Assembly: GCA_003344405.1 (NCBI GenBank)
Contig: NOWV01000236.1
Span: forward strand, 1 to 64,000
Length of the DNA stretch: 64,000 bases
Reading direction: 5' to 3'
DNA from: Trichoplax sp. H2
Lineage: Eukaryota
This document shows positions 28,977 through 43,074 of the stretch, piece by piece. Positions within the stretch are counted from its first letter, which is position 1; each line of letters begins with the position of its first letter. The notes beneath the pieces were generated by a model. That model saw nothing but the letters and a program-made list of their open reading frames with translations, made no database searches and was not told the DNA's origin. The translations under genes were made by a program, and so were the position numbers.

Positions 28977-31973
28977 GGTAAGCTAGTAAATATATTGTTA
29001 TCATTATAAAAAGCGTAACGTTATGGATAATTTTACACTGTCCGAGTTTTTTTACATTTTTCACATAATACCTTAGTTTTACATTAAAATTATTTTGATT
29101 GCATACAATTATGTTGTTTAAATCACATTAATTGTACGCTTATCTGTTAATTAAATAAAAGGAATTTGTAGTAAATACAATTACATTTTATACTATTATA
29201 CCAATAAACTGCACCGTAATCTCTAGGTTATTGAAATTTTTATTTCTTTAATTAAACTAGCGTAAGCCTCAGCCATAGCGTACTCATTCTGTATATTATG
29301 TAGCTATTATATTTATTTTATATGCGTACGTAAACATATGAAGTTTTCAACCGTTGCCTGCTTGCAAATCTTTCTTCTCTATAGCAACACCATGCAAGTG
29401 CTTAAAATTTGAGGACAATTATTGATTTTTTATAGTGCTTTAGTATCTACTCATGTTTCAATTTAGTGAGTACTCAAATAAACATTCCAGCTAAAACTGA
29501 AAATACTGTATATTTTTTCTAAGACTAATAGACTGCTTAAATACAATTATTAATTAAATACAATCACCTAACAACTTTAATTTTAAATTATTGATAGATG
29601 GCGTGATCTTCAATGGCTATCTTATTTTGCGAATAAATGACACTGATGCAGTTATGACAGCAATCGCCAAATCACAGCAATAAAATTTTATTTACTTTGC
29701 TTGTGCATTGGAGCATAGTTAAAGCTTAACTACTTCATCAAGTCATTGACAATAAAGTGATCAACTTATATTCTATCGTACTACTTAATCGACGACGGTA
29801 CTCAATAGGAAGCTTCAATTTTCAATACCGAATGGAAGAAGTATTCTCTCTCTGCGTTGGTGGTATCGTAAATTCTATGCATCTGTCGAAACAGATTGTA
29901 GCTATTATAGAGAACTTAACGGGAAGTTTTAATTTATTTTAACCTGTCAATATTATAAATTATTTCTGTATTTTAGACTCCGGTATGACAGATTTATCTT
30001 ATCATTCTACAGCCTACAATTTTAACGTTGATTAATCTCAATTAAGCCATCTATGAATTCATTGAATTATTCTATTGTAATGGAAAGTATTAGCCTCTTA
30101 CTTGAGTATAAAGAGTTTTATTACCTGTGTAAAAGTGAAACTTAAATTAGAGATGCATTATTAATTTACTATGCAATGATGTATTGCAAACCTTGAAGAT
30201 ACTGTTTTTAACTTAACATAATCTTTCAGAAATCGATCTTTTCTCAACTTTATTTGCTGTGATAATGTTATTATAGTTATCTAGTATTGCTCCTCTAGTC
30301 ACGATAACGCGACTTTATTAGTAATATTCATACATGAATAGCAAATACTTATCATTATGACTCCTAAGCTAACGTACTTATTTACAAGTGAAACGATACG
30401 TAATCGGTCATGTTAAACGACGACCAATATCAATACATCCTAACGTGGCGTAAATTATTACATTGCATACATATTTATTTTAAAATTTCTATTAATGATC
30501 CTGCGTTAAAACTAATATATTGATAGACAAGATGATAGTAGTAATAAAGGTTTCCATCCGGCAGCTATTGACCCAGTCATTATGCTCGACTATAGCAGCA
30601 GTACAAAAAGACATTTTAGTCTCCGCTTGACATTGTTGTTATTACAATATCGATATGTACTGAATTTTCAATCTTCATTGACAAAATTTTCATCTGGAAT
30701 GATCATTTTTATAATTATTTTATTAGTTTAGTCATAGATATAACGATCAATATCCGATTTCCCGACCCTAGTTAAACTCTTGGTATCATTCGCATTTCTC
30801 GATTGGATGCACTGCTTGTAAAAAGCTATCTTTATCTACTTCTCTTTAATATCCTAATTTACATACAGCAAGTAACGTAGTTTGGTGATAAGCCAATTAA
30901 AATCATAAAAGACCCTTACATGTTTTTGCTACCTAATTACTTCATTCATAACAAAACAATCTATAAATATACTTCGTCAATTCCATCAATTCTTACTAGA
31001 AAACTATCGTGCCATCTCGTAGTGCATCCAAATCTACGAATCATATGGTACCTAAGATTATGTCTACCTGACGGTTTAGTTATGTATATGAGTATAATAA
31101 CGAGCTAGAACACAAATTTTCAGTGCATTGTAGGAGGAAATAATACCATAATTCTTCTAGTAAACGCTAAAGCAGCTATGAAGGCACCATGGTGATCATT
31201 GATATACGGTAATCATAGATTACTTTAAAGCAATCGTATCTCAATAAACAGTGCGACATTTTATTAAAATTAGAGGTGTACATCAAAAGACTAGGCTAAT
31301 AAAGTAGTCGTTTTCTACGCTAGTAAGTAATTCCTGTAAAGAGATTATTATATTACTATACTGTACAAAGTTAGACGAGAAATTAAGAAGACAATAAAAT
31401 TTGCGAGCATTAATCGATTGCCGAATATCCTGCCTACAACTAACACCTGGCTATAATAAATTCTCTCAAAGCACGAGGCTAAGACAATATAGTAATTGAA
31501 GTGATCGTAATTTAGTCAAATCAACCTGAATTAATAATAAAATGTTGTAGTTCTTTAAGTAAAATAATAAGTTCTCATATGATGCGGACAATCGAGTATA
31601 ATAATAAGTTCACCCATTAAGGGAATATTTACAATAAGTTAAATTACAATAACTGTATGAGAATCAGAATCTCCGTAATAGGTTGTACATATATATATAT
31701 AAAGCAGAGGAATTCCGTAAAATAGTCACCTCCTTTAAAATAACAGTTAATTGTCGAAACAGTATGCGATACTGAACGCCGAATACGATCTTCAAGGGCA
31801 AGGCGACGAGTCCTCATACTTTATTTCTCTACAATTTCTAAAAGGATTTAATAAAAAGTCAGGTCGATTTTACACTATTTGGTAATGCATATGTATAGGT
31901 CAAATTGGTTAAATTCTGGTGTTTTGGGACGAGAATGATACTAGTACTCGTCAAAAATTGCTCGTACATAGAC

Positions 31974-34900
31974 CTACAATACCTTATCATCAGATTCAAC
32001 ATCAGCGAGAGCGAATAACTGTTGGTCAGGCTTTTCATGAAGGGGCAAATAAGAAAAATCGCCGTTTGCATTACCGCTGATTAGCTCTGCTAACCCTGTT
32101 AGAATAAGAACATTAAATTTCAGTACTTACTATTAACCTTTATATTGCAGCATTTACACTAACAGCTTCCGATACACGCAAAACAGATTCAGGGTTAAAA
32201 TATTAGAAACATTTTTAAAAATATCGAAAAAACAAGCGATGCATGGCAAGCCAATGAATAAATCATACAAATATAGACAGTACAGATTCTAATTATTTGA
32301 TAAAAAATAAAATCTTAGAATATCATTATTTACCTGAGTATATATCATGCTTGGCAGTAGAAGCTACATTTACATCAATAGGTTTGCGGGTTGTTTCGTA
32401 TAAGCGTTCGATAGTATTTGTTACACACTGATACTCACGACTTTTCAAAACAGCGTATAGTTCTTTCTATGTAATAATTCCATTCAGTGTCATAGCAATA
32501 CTCGAAAGCACGTACAAACTTTATGTAATAATTACCTGCAGATGAGTAATTTGTAATTCAGATTCTAACTTATATTGGTCAAATGAAGACTGCATCGATT
32601 TGCAAATTTCTTGAGTGCGAAGAACATCCTTTTTCAAAAATAGTATAAATAATATAACCAATCTTAGCGAATGTCAAAAAATAATGCTAACAGTTTCTTG
32701 GAGTATTCCTATAATCGCATAGGAGCTTACCGCAGTCAACCCATTAATTAATATCCTCTGTTCGTCTACAGAATTCGATAGTCTATTACGTTCTTCAATT
32801 TCTCTCTTTAAATGTTTATCGCGCTATAATGGTAATGAATAAATATTACATCTTTAAAACAGAAATTCTGATTATCGCACCTTCAAGAGTCTCTTTACAT
32901 ATCAGTTGTACAAATCCTGTTGTGAAACTACGATTTATTAACTTAATATGTAGAAGCAATTATGTCAATTTGTCAACCTCTCGAAGATGCCTAACTAGAC
33001 GGCGAATTGTATTCAATAATGCGGCAGTATATCCGCTAAACCCTGTAACCTAGGAGGAAATTCTATTTATTAGAAATAGTTTCAATTTCTGCATAAGAAA
33101 CAGACTGTAGAAGAAAGTACTAACAAGCGCACTGATCGTACCTGAGCATTTGATTTTACGCTAATTACATCGCCAATTTCTTCTTCATAATTCCCGATTT
33201 CTGTTTCGATTTCGCTAACTACTCTTTTAAGTTCATCTAAACTAGATATTTTACCTCGCTGATTGATAGGGTCCTTTGTGCCATCATCAATTAAACTACT
33301 TTCTGCAAAATCGTCCCCATTTCTATCATTATTTACGATATTTTCGGCCAATTTATCCCCTTTCAGACAAATTTTCATGGTAAAATCAAACATGATTAAT
33401 TATTTTAAATGATTGCATGTCAAGTACTCTAATAACAACGAGATACATCTGCATGGAAGTTTGGATCATTAGGTACCGACAAATAGAAATTTAAGAAGTT
33501 TCCATACGATAAAACGGTGAAAAGTGAAAATTATCAAGCTTTACCTTTCTTAGTATAATTTTGTGTAGAATGTATACTATCTAGTAAGGTATCTTTGACA
33601 GTATCATTAGTTTCTTTATCATTAACAGGCAGATCGTCATCAGCCACTGTAAAATTTATCAAACGGATGAAAATTTAAACAAACGAAATGTGTTAAATCT
33701 TTCATTGAGATGAGTAGACCTGAAATGGCTTCGTTTATTGCCGGAGTATTGACTACGGACTGACTTAAAGTAGAAAGTCGCGTCGGTGGCTCTTCAGGTT
33801 GAACAACTATGCTATTTCTTAGATGACCATCACTAAAGAGTGCCGAAATATGCAATACATATTTATACAGTATTTAAATGCCATGCGCATGTGTAAAGTT
33901 CAAATCGAAGTAGAACATTACTATACGTAGTAATGGAGTAAAAGTGTCACCAACCTGTTATGATCTAATTCCTGATTCTCCGGCGCTGCCGTAACATTTG
34001 GGAATGCTATGAAACGCTGCATACGGAAAGGATCGGAATATAAGTATAAGTAGAAAAAGACATAGATTCATATAGTACTGTAAACTAACATGCGTAAATA
34101 AAAAACAGTAGTAACAAATTTACTGCCACAGCAACCAAAAAGATCCGTACAAATTTTCGACTTTCAATCACAAAGAAATGTTAGCCTATGTCATAGATCA
34201 CTTTATCATGGTAAATATCTAATGATCCTTCCCTATGTACTGTACACCTCAAGCTATTGAATTCAATTTATATTCATCTAAGTACATAAAGCGTAAAAAT
34301 GGATTAAATATTAATGAATCTACATATACTGTATTAATGCCTGTCATATAACTATAACAACGAACATAAAGAATGGGCTCTTGTCTCGTTCTTTTACAGG
34401 CCCTATTTACAAGAGTATAAAGCATTGAAGTCCAACAGAAAGAAATCGTACTGATGATAATGCTCCAATAAGAGCATTTATCCCATTAACTCAGTCTTTC
34501 TCTCTTATCAAGACAAGTATAACATACCGTGAACAGGCACTACTCATAAAAGAAACCGTACAAATACGATTAACTTACTCGAGGATGATCTCCAAATAAG
34601 TCTTTTATGACATTTACTGCCCTATCCGATTCTTCAAGAAGATTTTGTAGCTAATTTAGAATATTAAACATTAGATATTACTCAGATACTGTCCATTTCT
34701 GATCTTATCGCCTACAATTGCTATACACAGAGTCAACGATAACCCAATCGGATCCTATTAACTGTTGATTTTATGACCCAAACCACCTTATCATTTCGAT
34801 GTAAAATTTCTTTCATAACAACCGCTTTTTTTGTGTCTCGTCCATCAGGAGTCAACTGACTAAGTCGTGAGGTATTAGATTCATCCATGAAAGCTGTGAA

Positions 34901-36732
34901 AATTCAAAATAACAATTACATGAATATCTAAGAATTACTGTAAGCATGAATAGTGCTAGTACTCTCCTCTTTTACGAAATTACATAGTCATCGAATAATT
35001 ATGGTTAATAATGTTAAATCTGTCTTATTGTTTCATTATATTTATATGCTGACACTGTCTACTATCCAGTAGAATTAAGATAGATTGTAGTTTGTTATAA
35101 TTCCTTACTATTTCTTTGGCTAGTGGACCAATTTGGTGATTGGTATAGCTGCCGCCTTTTTGCCTACAAAAATTGGAGAGCATACAGTATAAAGCTGCCA
35201 GAGTATAAAAATATCTGTTCCATTTTAAAAGATCCTAGCGTTACTTAAGCTAATAGAGTTCTAGTAACTCCTTTACACAATACAGTATCACTGCGAATCC
35301 GGGAATGATGACTACCAGCACATGGATCCGATAGCGTATCTGCATCGTGAAATAATCACTTACACCAATGCAAATGCACACAAGTCAACAATAGTTTATA
35401 GTATCGTTCGTAGTCATACTTGGTATACTCCACACAAATAACAACAATATTATAAAATAAGAGTAAGATATGTGTACGAATTCATATCGCGATTTCGTAA
35501 ACGTATTGATAACAATTAATTGTCTTATGTAAGCACAGCATTGGAGATTGCAGCCTGCATGATATTAAAATAAGAAGTATTTCTTACCAATTCTTCCTTG
35601 GAGAGTTTATATACGGACAAGTCGGAAACAGTACTCTAAATTGTAAAATAGAAGGGTTCAAATCCATTAGCTAATTACAATAGGAGAAAAGCAACTATCT
35701 TGATAAAGTAGAGTAAATTAGTAAATCGGAAAGGAGGTAAGTTCCGGTGGCATTTGATTTTACATCATTTCAAAACTGATAGCTAACTCAAACTTGTTTT
35801 AACATAGGGGATTTTAAGATAGTTCCGATATTCAAATAGGCTGATAAATTAATCATGTTTGCACCTTGCATGAAGATTACAATCAGTACAACTTTTCAAG
35901 CTGTAATAAGCACTTTCATGGAATCTAGATGATGATTTATTTTTCCATAATTAGCAATCTACACGTATACGTGTACTGCAGTACCTGCAGATCAAAGCAA
36001 AGCACGACTATCTCATTTCTAGCAAATAACTAAAATTGTGCGTACTACATGCAGTTATTCACGTAACAAACTAACGGCATAGTTCACCACGTCAAGCGTC
36101 TATTCTTTTGTAATAAATAAGCAATGGTAGCAAAATTATTAAAGTAGATGTTACGGTGTAACTTTTACGTAGCTGTTGTAACATAGATTCCATAAGATAG
36201 TTTTGTAATATTACCTATAAACTGATAGTAATTCATGTTTATGTACAAATTGACTGACTTTTCATGAGTTTTCAATAAAGTTTGGGCTCAGTTATGTCTA
36301 AGAGAGACTAGTTGTATTTACTGTTGCTGACGATATGAGATCGCCAGTATCTAGAGTCGTGTCGTAGACTAATGTCAGGGAGGACAAACCTGACAGTAGA
36401 CTCATAGTGCGTAGTTTCTATGATAGTTATAAATATCGATTTGTAATCGTAGGACCTAACGTTTTAGCCTAAATCATCGTATTAGTTGTGTCGATAAAGA
36501 TATTGTACTGTTAAATTTACTACTGTAAGCAATTGCATGCATTGGTATAGATGCTCCATAATTGAGTAAGAAGTTAAAACTCCATTTAATATACTATCCA
36601 TATTGAGCTATGCAATTAACATACGTCCCATTCTTTCCTCTTTTTTTTCTTTTTGGTAGCTACTGGTTCTTGATTCTTTTTGTCTTGAACAGGCTCATGC
36701 ACGGCTACTCTCCGGGGTGGTCCTGCTATCAT
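31974..36732 (-). CDS. SPICE1: Spindle and centriole-associated protein 1 (multi-exon)
   Basis: Spliced translation MIAGPPRR...KKKKRKEWD|STVSDLSVYKLSKEEL|AKRRQLYQSPN...MKEIL...LEESDRAV...FPNVTAAP...RHLRE|RDKHLKREIEER...INGLTA|DVLR resembles recalled SPICE1/CCDC52 motifs (EWDNTVTDL, MKEIL, FPNVTVAP, LIDALTAEIL). The 3' end is less certain. Confidence 0.85.
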
Positions 36733-37257
36733 CACTGCTGCATAAAGATGATTTCCTTAATATGCAATGCGGTCTACGTCAGTGTGCGATGGGTTCCAAG
36801 TGATAAATGTAACCTTAATCCTGTTGAAAATTGCCAACATTTTATGTATTTAGTCTTTGTTTCATGACTACCATTCTCCTTATTGCCCGAATATCTACGC
36901 AAATTTATTTTAGCCAGGACTATACTATTTAATTGTTTTATTTCAGCATCTCATTCCGCTAGTGACTGCCTCAGTTCTACTGAATCTTTCATTATTATAA
37001 TGCAAAACACCGACATGAGTCAGTGATTTTCAACATTGAAGTTGCCAACTGAAAGCTCGCATACAGTTTGGAAACTTACCGTTCAAAAACTGAATCAAAT
37101 TCAGGACTAATTCAACATTGAATTCAGTTATTAACCATTCCAGACTCTCTTTCTGCTCTACTTGCTAGTTGTCATGGAGCCTTGCACCACTAATTTTACG
37201 ATTCAGTTCCTCTCCAGGTTAGACAACTTGGATTTCCCGCGTTTTTGAGTCATCTAC

Positions 37258-37419
37258 TATACAGTACAGTGTACAGTGTACAGTAGAGTACAAATACAGT
37301 ACATTTCGTACTATGTACTGTAGTTTGGTACACAATTACTTTATAGTACAATACTGTCTATCGAATGTCAGGCAACCTCTTCTTATAGTACTGTACAGTA
37401 CTGTTACACTATACTGTAT
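37258..37419. promoter_or_regulatory. ACAGT/ACTGT-rich tract in the SPICE1-UBE2U divergent intergenic region
   Basis: Clustered TACAGTACAG / GTACTGT words just upstream of the putative first exon of SPICE1. Confidence 0.55.
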
Positions 37420-37515
37420 TCCAATTTTTTTTTTTCCTATCTCTACATATGTTAACTATGGCAACGGATGTACGTTGCCATAGTGAATATATGTAGAGAT
37501 AGAAAAAAATTTGGA
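37420..37515. repeat. Long inverted repeat (hairpin) containing two RFX X-box-like sites
   Basis: Arms TCCAA(T)nCCTATCTCTACATATGTTAACTATGGCAACG and CGTTGCCATAGTGAATATATGTAGAGATAG(A)nTTTGGA, separated by a 6-nt loop GATGTA. Confidence 0.9.
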
Positions 37516-39075
37516 TATCTCGATGGTCATGAATGCCTGCAAACATGACATAGGTACGGGATTGTCACTTACTCGATGTGGAATTATCATTGATGAGTTT
37601 TAAAGAGGTACATGCGTAGACACGTATTCTTCTCATATATCTTAAAATCTTTCGCTTACTATAAAATGATACCATTGGCTAACTGATACGACTGCTAATA
37701 CGGTACATGTACGGGTGATGATTGTTCCCATCGATGAACTCAAGTATCTTGTTGGATCATAGAATTGATAATCGTGTAAGTGCCAATAGTATACTCTAAA
37801 ACGATAGTCTTGACTCTTTTAATCAACAACAACAGATAATAAATTCAATAGTAAAAGTTGACCTGTACATTATCTCAATAACGGTAATAGCTTAATCGAT
37901 ACAACTACGCGTATACTCGTATAGCAGCCGTTCTACTGGAAAACTTACATCAACAGCGTGTATGATAAGGAACTACTAAACATGGACCAGTTTTCTTGCA
38001 TACATTAATATACTGTATTAGAGATATGACTCACTATTTATGATGATTGAATTAGCAAACTGAAGACATGTCGGTTCAACTTTCAATCAAAATAATAAAA
38101 TATACAATTGAAATAGTTGGCTACAAATATATTTGCTTCGCTATAAATGGTTCTAAATTTATTATGTACCGATATTATGATCATAACCTAAAATAAGATT
38201 AGCGTGCTACTAAAATTGCTTGATCCCTCTCTCACTGTACTTCACGTACTGTACTTGTACTTTTAACTTACATTGTTACTGTCACTTTCATACTCAGCAT
38301 ATTTATAAAGCTAACATTCTGCAATGAGTCTATACTATTGCTTACTATATCTGCATACTGAGAATGCATAAATAAGCAATACAAGGTAATCTTTTTAGCA
38401 ACTATAAGTATAGCATAATAGCATTTCAAATTTACAGTAATCAATCTAAAGTTGAAATACTCTAATACGGCGCTAACCCTATTAATAGTTTAAAAGTTAT
38501 TGTAGAATTATCGCAAATAGAAACATACTATACTTTTATTACTGTATCATATTACTGTATCATATTACTGTATCATGTAGATCCTTTGAACATTTTAAAT
38601 AATAGTAATAGCTGGTTTTACGATAATGAAATCGGATGTTAATTAATTTTGACACATTGTGATAATTAATATATCGAAAGGTTTAGTCAATAGATAGGTA
38701 ATATTGTCGACATTTTCTTCATGTTATTACTTTTATGTATCAACTCATAATGCATTTGTAATTACAGTATTTTGTTTTATTTGCCTATCAGCTATACTTT
38801 GCAGTATCGTTCTGGATTGCTTTAGCTGCCATTAAGACTTAACGAATCTATTACCTAGTTCAGAATTATTGTACTGGTTACTTTAGTAGTATGACTAACT
38901 TATACAACATCCTTAAGGAGATAGACATTCTACAGACTGCTTACCTATATTTAACCTTTCATATTTAACTTCTTACTATACAGCAGCTATAGACTACGGT
39001 GGTATTGAACCAGAACCTGCGACCTTGATAGGATACGAAATTATTTTATCATCTAAGGAATGAACTGAAATCGGC

Positions 39076-41234
39076 ATGCACTCCCGTGCGTATTTACTAT
39101 TAGATCGAGAGTACATGCTGTTGCAAAGGCGTCCGATTTGGGTAATACTACAAATTCATACTTCAATAAATATATAAGTCTACCTTCGTCATGTATTGAT
39201 AAATATATCGTTGACTTACAAAGTTTATGCTTTCTCTAATAAGGGTATTTCGGCCGCTCCCTTGAACACCAATGACATGTTTTTGTGGTCAGCAATCGTT
39301 CGTGGCTTAAACGATACTATTTGGGAAGGTAAAATACCATATTCCATAGTATAGATGAAATTAACGGTATACAGTTTTAAGGTAGTCAAACTTACACTAA
39401 TGCTTCTGCTGTAAATATTTCGAAGTAATAAATTATGTTACCACTTTTTAACATTCTTCTTAAAATACATGACGTTTTTGTTATTCAATAATAAATCTAT
39501 TTAAAACAGCGATTGACTATACTTCTTGCCCACTTTAAACATGACATCAGGAGGCATATTCCGTGTACTATTATATTTTAGCGAAAATTACAATGTAAAG
39601 CCTCCGAGACTGTTGTTTCATACCATTCCATTTCATCCAAATGGTAATGTAATATCCAAAATTTAAAGTTTAATACGATGTCATCAAGATTAAGAGAATA
39701 AAACCAAAGACATTTAATTAAAATGATGCAAACTGTAATTTTCGCCTTTATTCCTTCTAATATATTCGTAGTGGATATGCAAACCGGGCGACCATGTATC
39801 GATTTTCTTGACGATGAATCCCTTTGGAGCGATAAATACGATATTAAATATATTCTTCAAACCCTTCAGGTATCGGCATCGAATTCAGCTCAATGCTACC
39901 CTATTACTGCTGATTTTATTTTAATTTAAGCGGCTAAGTAGAGGAATAAATATTTAAAAATTCTGTAATGATTATTATAAATAGATTATAATCTAGACTA
40001 TTTATTGTAATGCCATAAAATTGTCTAATTAATTTACAACAATTTTATAGCATCGTATTGAGCATTAAATGAAATGATATCTTACTGTCATTGTAGACTA
40101 TGCTGTCAAATCCAGTGTTAGATAATGCAGTTAATATTGAAGCCTGCAGAGCTATTGAATCTTCACAGGATGTTTATGAAGCTATGGTTAAGGATTGCGT
40201 CGAAGCAAGTAAAAGAGTTGCAGGTTTGATTAGCGTATTTAGAATTTGCAATTTTTCGACATGAAAGTACCCTTATAATATCATTTACCTGCGTTCATAT
40301 CGCTATCAACATAATCTATATTTCTATGATTTTAAAATTTTAACACGAATTTGTTTTAAGATGGGCTGACCCCTTTCCCAGAGCCAGACCATGATGAAGA
40401 ACGTAGGATTGATGATACACGATTCAATATGCCCTTAAACTTGATATCAAATAGTCATGTATCATACGAACAATATTATAATACATGGATGTATCTAGGG
40501 ACCGCAAGTTCTAAGCCAGATTATAGTGGTAATAATGTTATCTATTAGTTATCATTACATATTATTGTTCTTCTATAGATGCAATTTATCTTAATAATTG
40601 AGCGTTTTAGTTCATACTGTTTTCTTTCAGATAGGTGTAATGTCATTTCTTGGCAATATTGTCCATGCTGATAACTTTTTAATTTTTATTAAGATGCTGA
40701 ATTCTTAGTTAATAAATATTACACAAACATGGATTTAAATTCAGCGAAAGCAAATGAGGCTACGACTAAAAGTTCAAGGTATTACAAAGACATTATCATA
40801 GATCTGAGCACTGACCAGTAGCATTTTCGTAAGCCATTCCCTTACGAAAAATTTTTGCTTTCTAATTTTTCTATTTAAATAATTAAATTATAGCTTATTT
40901 CACGGTCAATTCAAACATAAATCGCAACAAAAGTCCTTAAAAGAGTTAAAGGCGACCAAAATAGAACTAGCCAAGAAATTAGGTTTATCAAATATAAAAG
41001 AAAATGCAGCAGAAACTGAAGGTTATTTTTATAGCTTATTGAAATCTTTACTGTGTTCTTCTATTATGGGCAATCTAACTCGGATTTTCAAATGTAGAGT
41101 TTTTGATGGAAAGTGAGATGCTACCTAATCCTGCAAAAACTAATTATGATAGCCAAGACCAAGATTGGGAAAAAGAAGTTGATTCTTTGGTTCAATGGAC
41201 TAACAATCTAGGAGATGTTGATAGTATCTATTGA
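39076..41234 (+). CDS. UBE2U: Ubiquitin-conjugating enzyme E2 U (multi-exon)
   Basis: Spliced MHSRAYLLLDREY...IWEGGIF...TIPFHPNVDMQTGRPCIDFLDD resembles the recalled UBE2U N-terminus and catalytic-Cys region. The last exon reads DWEKEVDSLVQWTNNL...*. Confidence 0.88.
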
Positions 41235-42559
41235 GTTTTTATTTTATTATACTAATTGAGGGCAACAAATCTTGCGTAATATCATGTTTCTATAATTTGT
41301 AAATTGTACAGTACTCGTATAAGAATATCAACTATGAAATCAATGTGATATACAATTATATGGAAATGTACAGCACTTTTATATATATAATTAAAATTGA
41401 TCATAACCAAGTTACATTTCAGATCGGTACATTTTATGTATGTATGCCAAGAAATAGCTCATGAAGATTTTATAAACAATTTCTTTGTATCTAAACTTTA
41501 AGTTAAAAAAATGTCGATTGGATTTATATAAGAAAGTAAATTAAAATGTTAGCGAATTACGACATCATTTAGGATAAAAATTCAATTATTTGTGTACTCA
41601 GTTATTTGCAATGTTCTAGTTGCTATCGATGATAAATACAAATGACTATTGAAAATGATCTAAAAATTTTTCTGTATAACACTACTTCTATTTGATATAC
41701 AGAATGAGGTTGGCTAAAGTAGCTGTTGCGCTATATATCATTGAAGCGACAGCTCTATACTCTTTTAATACTATATTGTGATAGGGTATCAACAGTAGTG
41801 AAATGAAGTGCTTGGATCATAATTATCCGAATGATGAAGAGTACTTGAAGAAATTTTCTATAATCCTTTTTTATTTTATACCATACAGAATACATATACG
41901 CATAAATTGGTGTTGGAATGAGAGCTGTCATGGGTTTCTTCTAAGGGTACAAAATTGAATCCAGTATTTATGATACAAGATACTTGCTATACAGTACATT
42001 TGCATATGAATTTTATTGTGAGTAAGAGTAATAGAAGAGATTTTAGGATCAATTGTGTAATTAAATTGATACAAATTTTATACACTAGACAACTTTACCA
42101 ATTAGCTTATTCTATCAGTTAGACAGAATATATTCATTGAAAGCACTATCGAGTGCGTAGTCCTATTTCTTGGTCATAAAGTAAAAATTACATAACAAAT
42201 TATTTATAGGACAAAAGATTTCGAAATTTGAATTAGAAAACAGTCTTCAATTTCTTCCATTAGTTACTAGTAAGAGCCAGAATTGTACAATTACAAATTC
42301 ACATCAGTTTATTGTTTTAAACTGTTTATCTGTGTATTAATCATGACATCGAGCGCATTTATTCATTTACAGTATAATCTACAATTGATTTCATGCAGTG
42401 CAATTGGCATAGTCTGATTTCAAGCACAGTACGAGATGCACTAGGACCATTTCATTTTAGCTTAGCAAGAAATAGCTATGATACAGATTAGTATAGTTAT
42501 GTGATTGTCATAGATAAAGTTTACTCCAAGGTAGGATTGCCAAAGAGTGATGATCATTA

Positions 42560-42805
42560 TTAAATAATTTCATTAATGGGCCTATATTTCCATTCATCTT
42601 TCGTTAACTGTTGGCAAACATTTTTAATACCAGCCATAACTTCTGTCAGCGATTCCTTGTTGTATTGTTCTTTGAAATTGTCAACTTCCATATCAACCCT
42701 CATAAAGATACCAATAGAATCCGCTTGATCATCAACACTGTGACTGTTACAGGTATCTTTGGAGCTAGCTCGGCGTTTTCGACTGCTTTCAACTGACGCT
42801 GACAT
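42560..42805 (-). CDS. ANAPC16: Anaphase-promoting complex subunit 16-like small protein
   Basis: 81-aa ORF. The C-terminus VCQQLTKDEWKYRPINEII resembles recalled APC16 LVEELEADEWRFKPIEQLL. Confidence 0.72.
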   Translation of the reverse strand: MSASVESSRKRRASSKDTCNSHSVDDQADSIGIFMRVDMEVDNFKEQYNKESLTEVMAGIKNVCQQLTKDEWKYRPINEII

Positions 42806-43074
42806 TTTCCTTTTCTGAAACAGATTGAAGAGAGTCTTTGGAAATACGCGTCGATTATGATAATAATAGTAATAATTAATTATTATTATACTGTGGTGTA
42901 ATAATTGTCGACACTTTACGTTGTACTCAGTACAGTAGAAATTTGAATTTAACGGTGCGCCCTGGCAGACAGACTGAACTCACTGAAGCAGTGAGGTCAG
43001 AGAAGAGACGGGGAGAGGAAACGAACCAACGGTACAGTACAGTACTGTACAGTACACTACACTCAGGTCTACAG

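Noticed and set aside
42942..42947. CHR cell-cycle element (TTTGAA) for ANAPC16
   Set aside because: Opposite orientation to the gene, and a common hexamer in AT-rich DNA.
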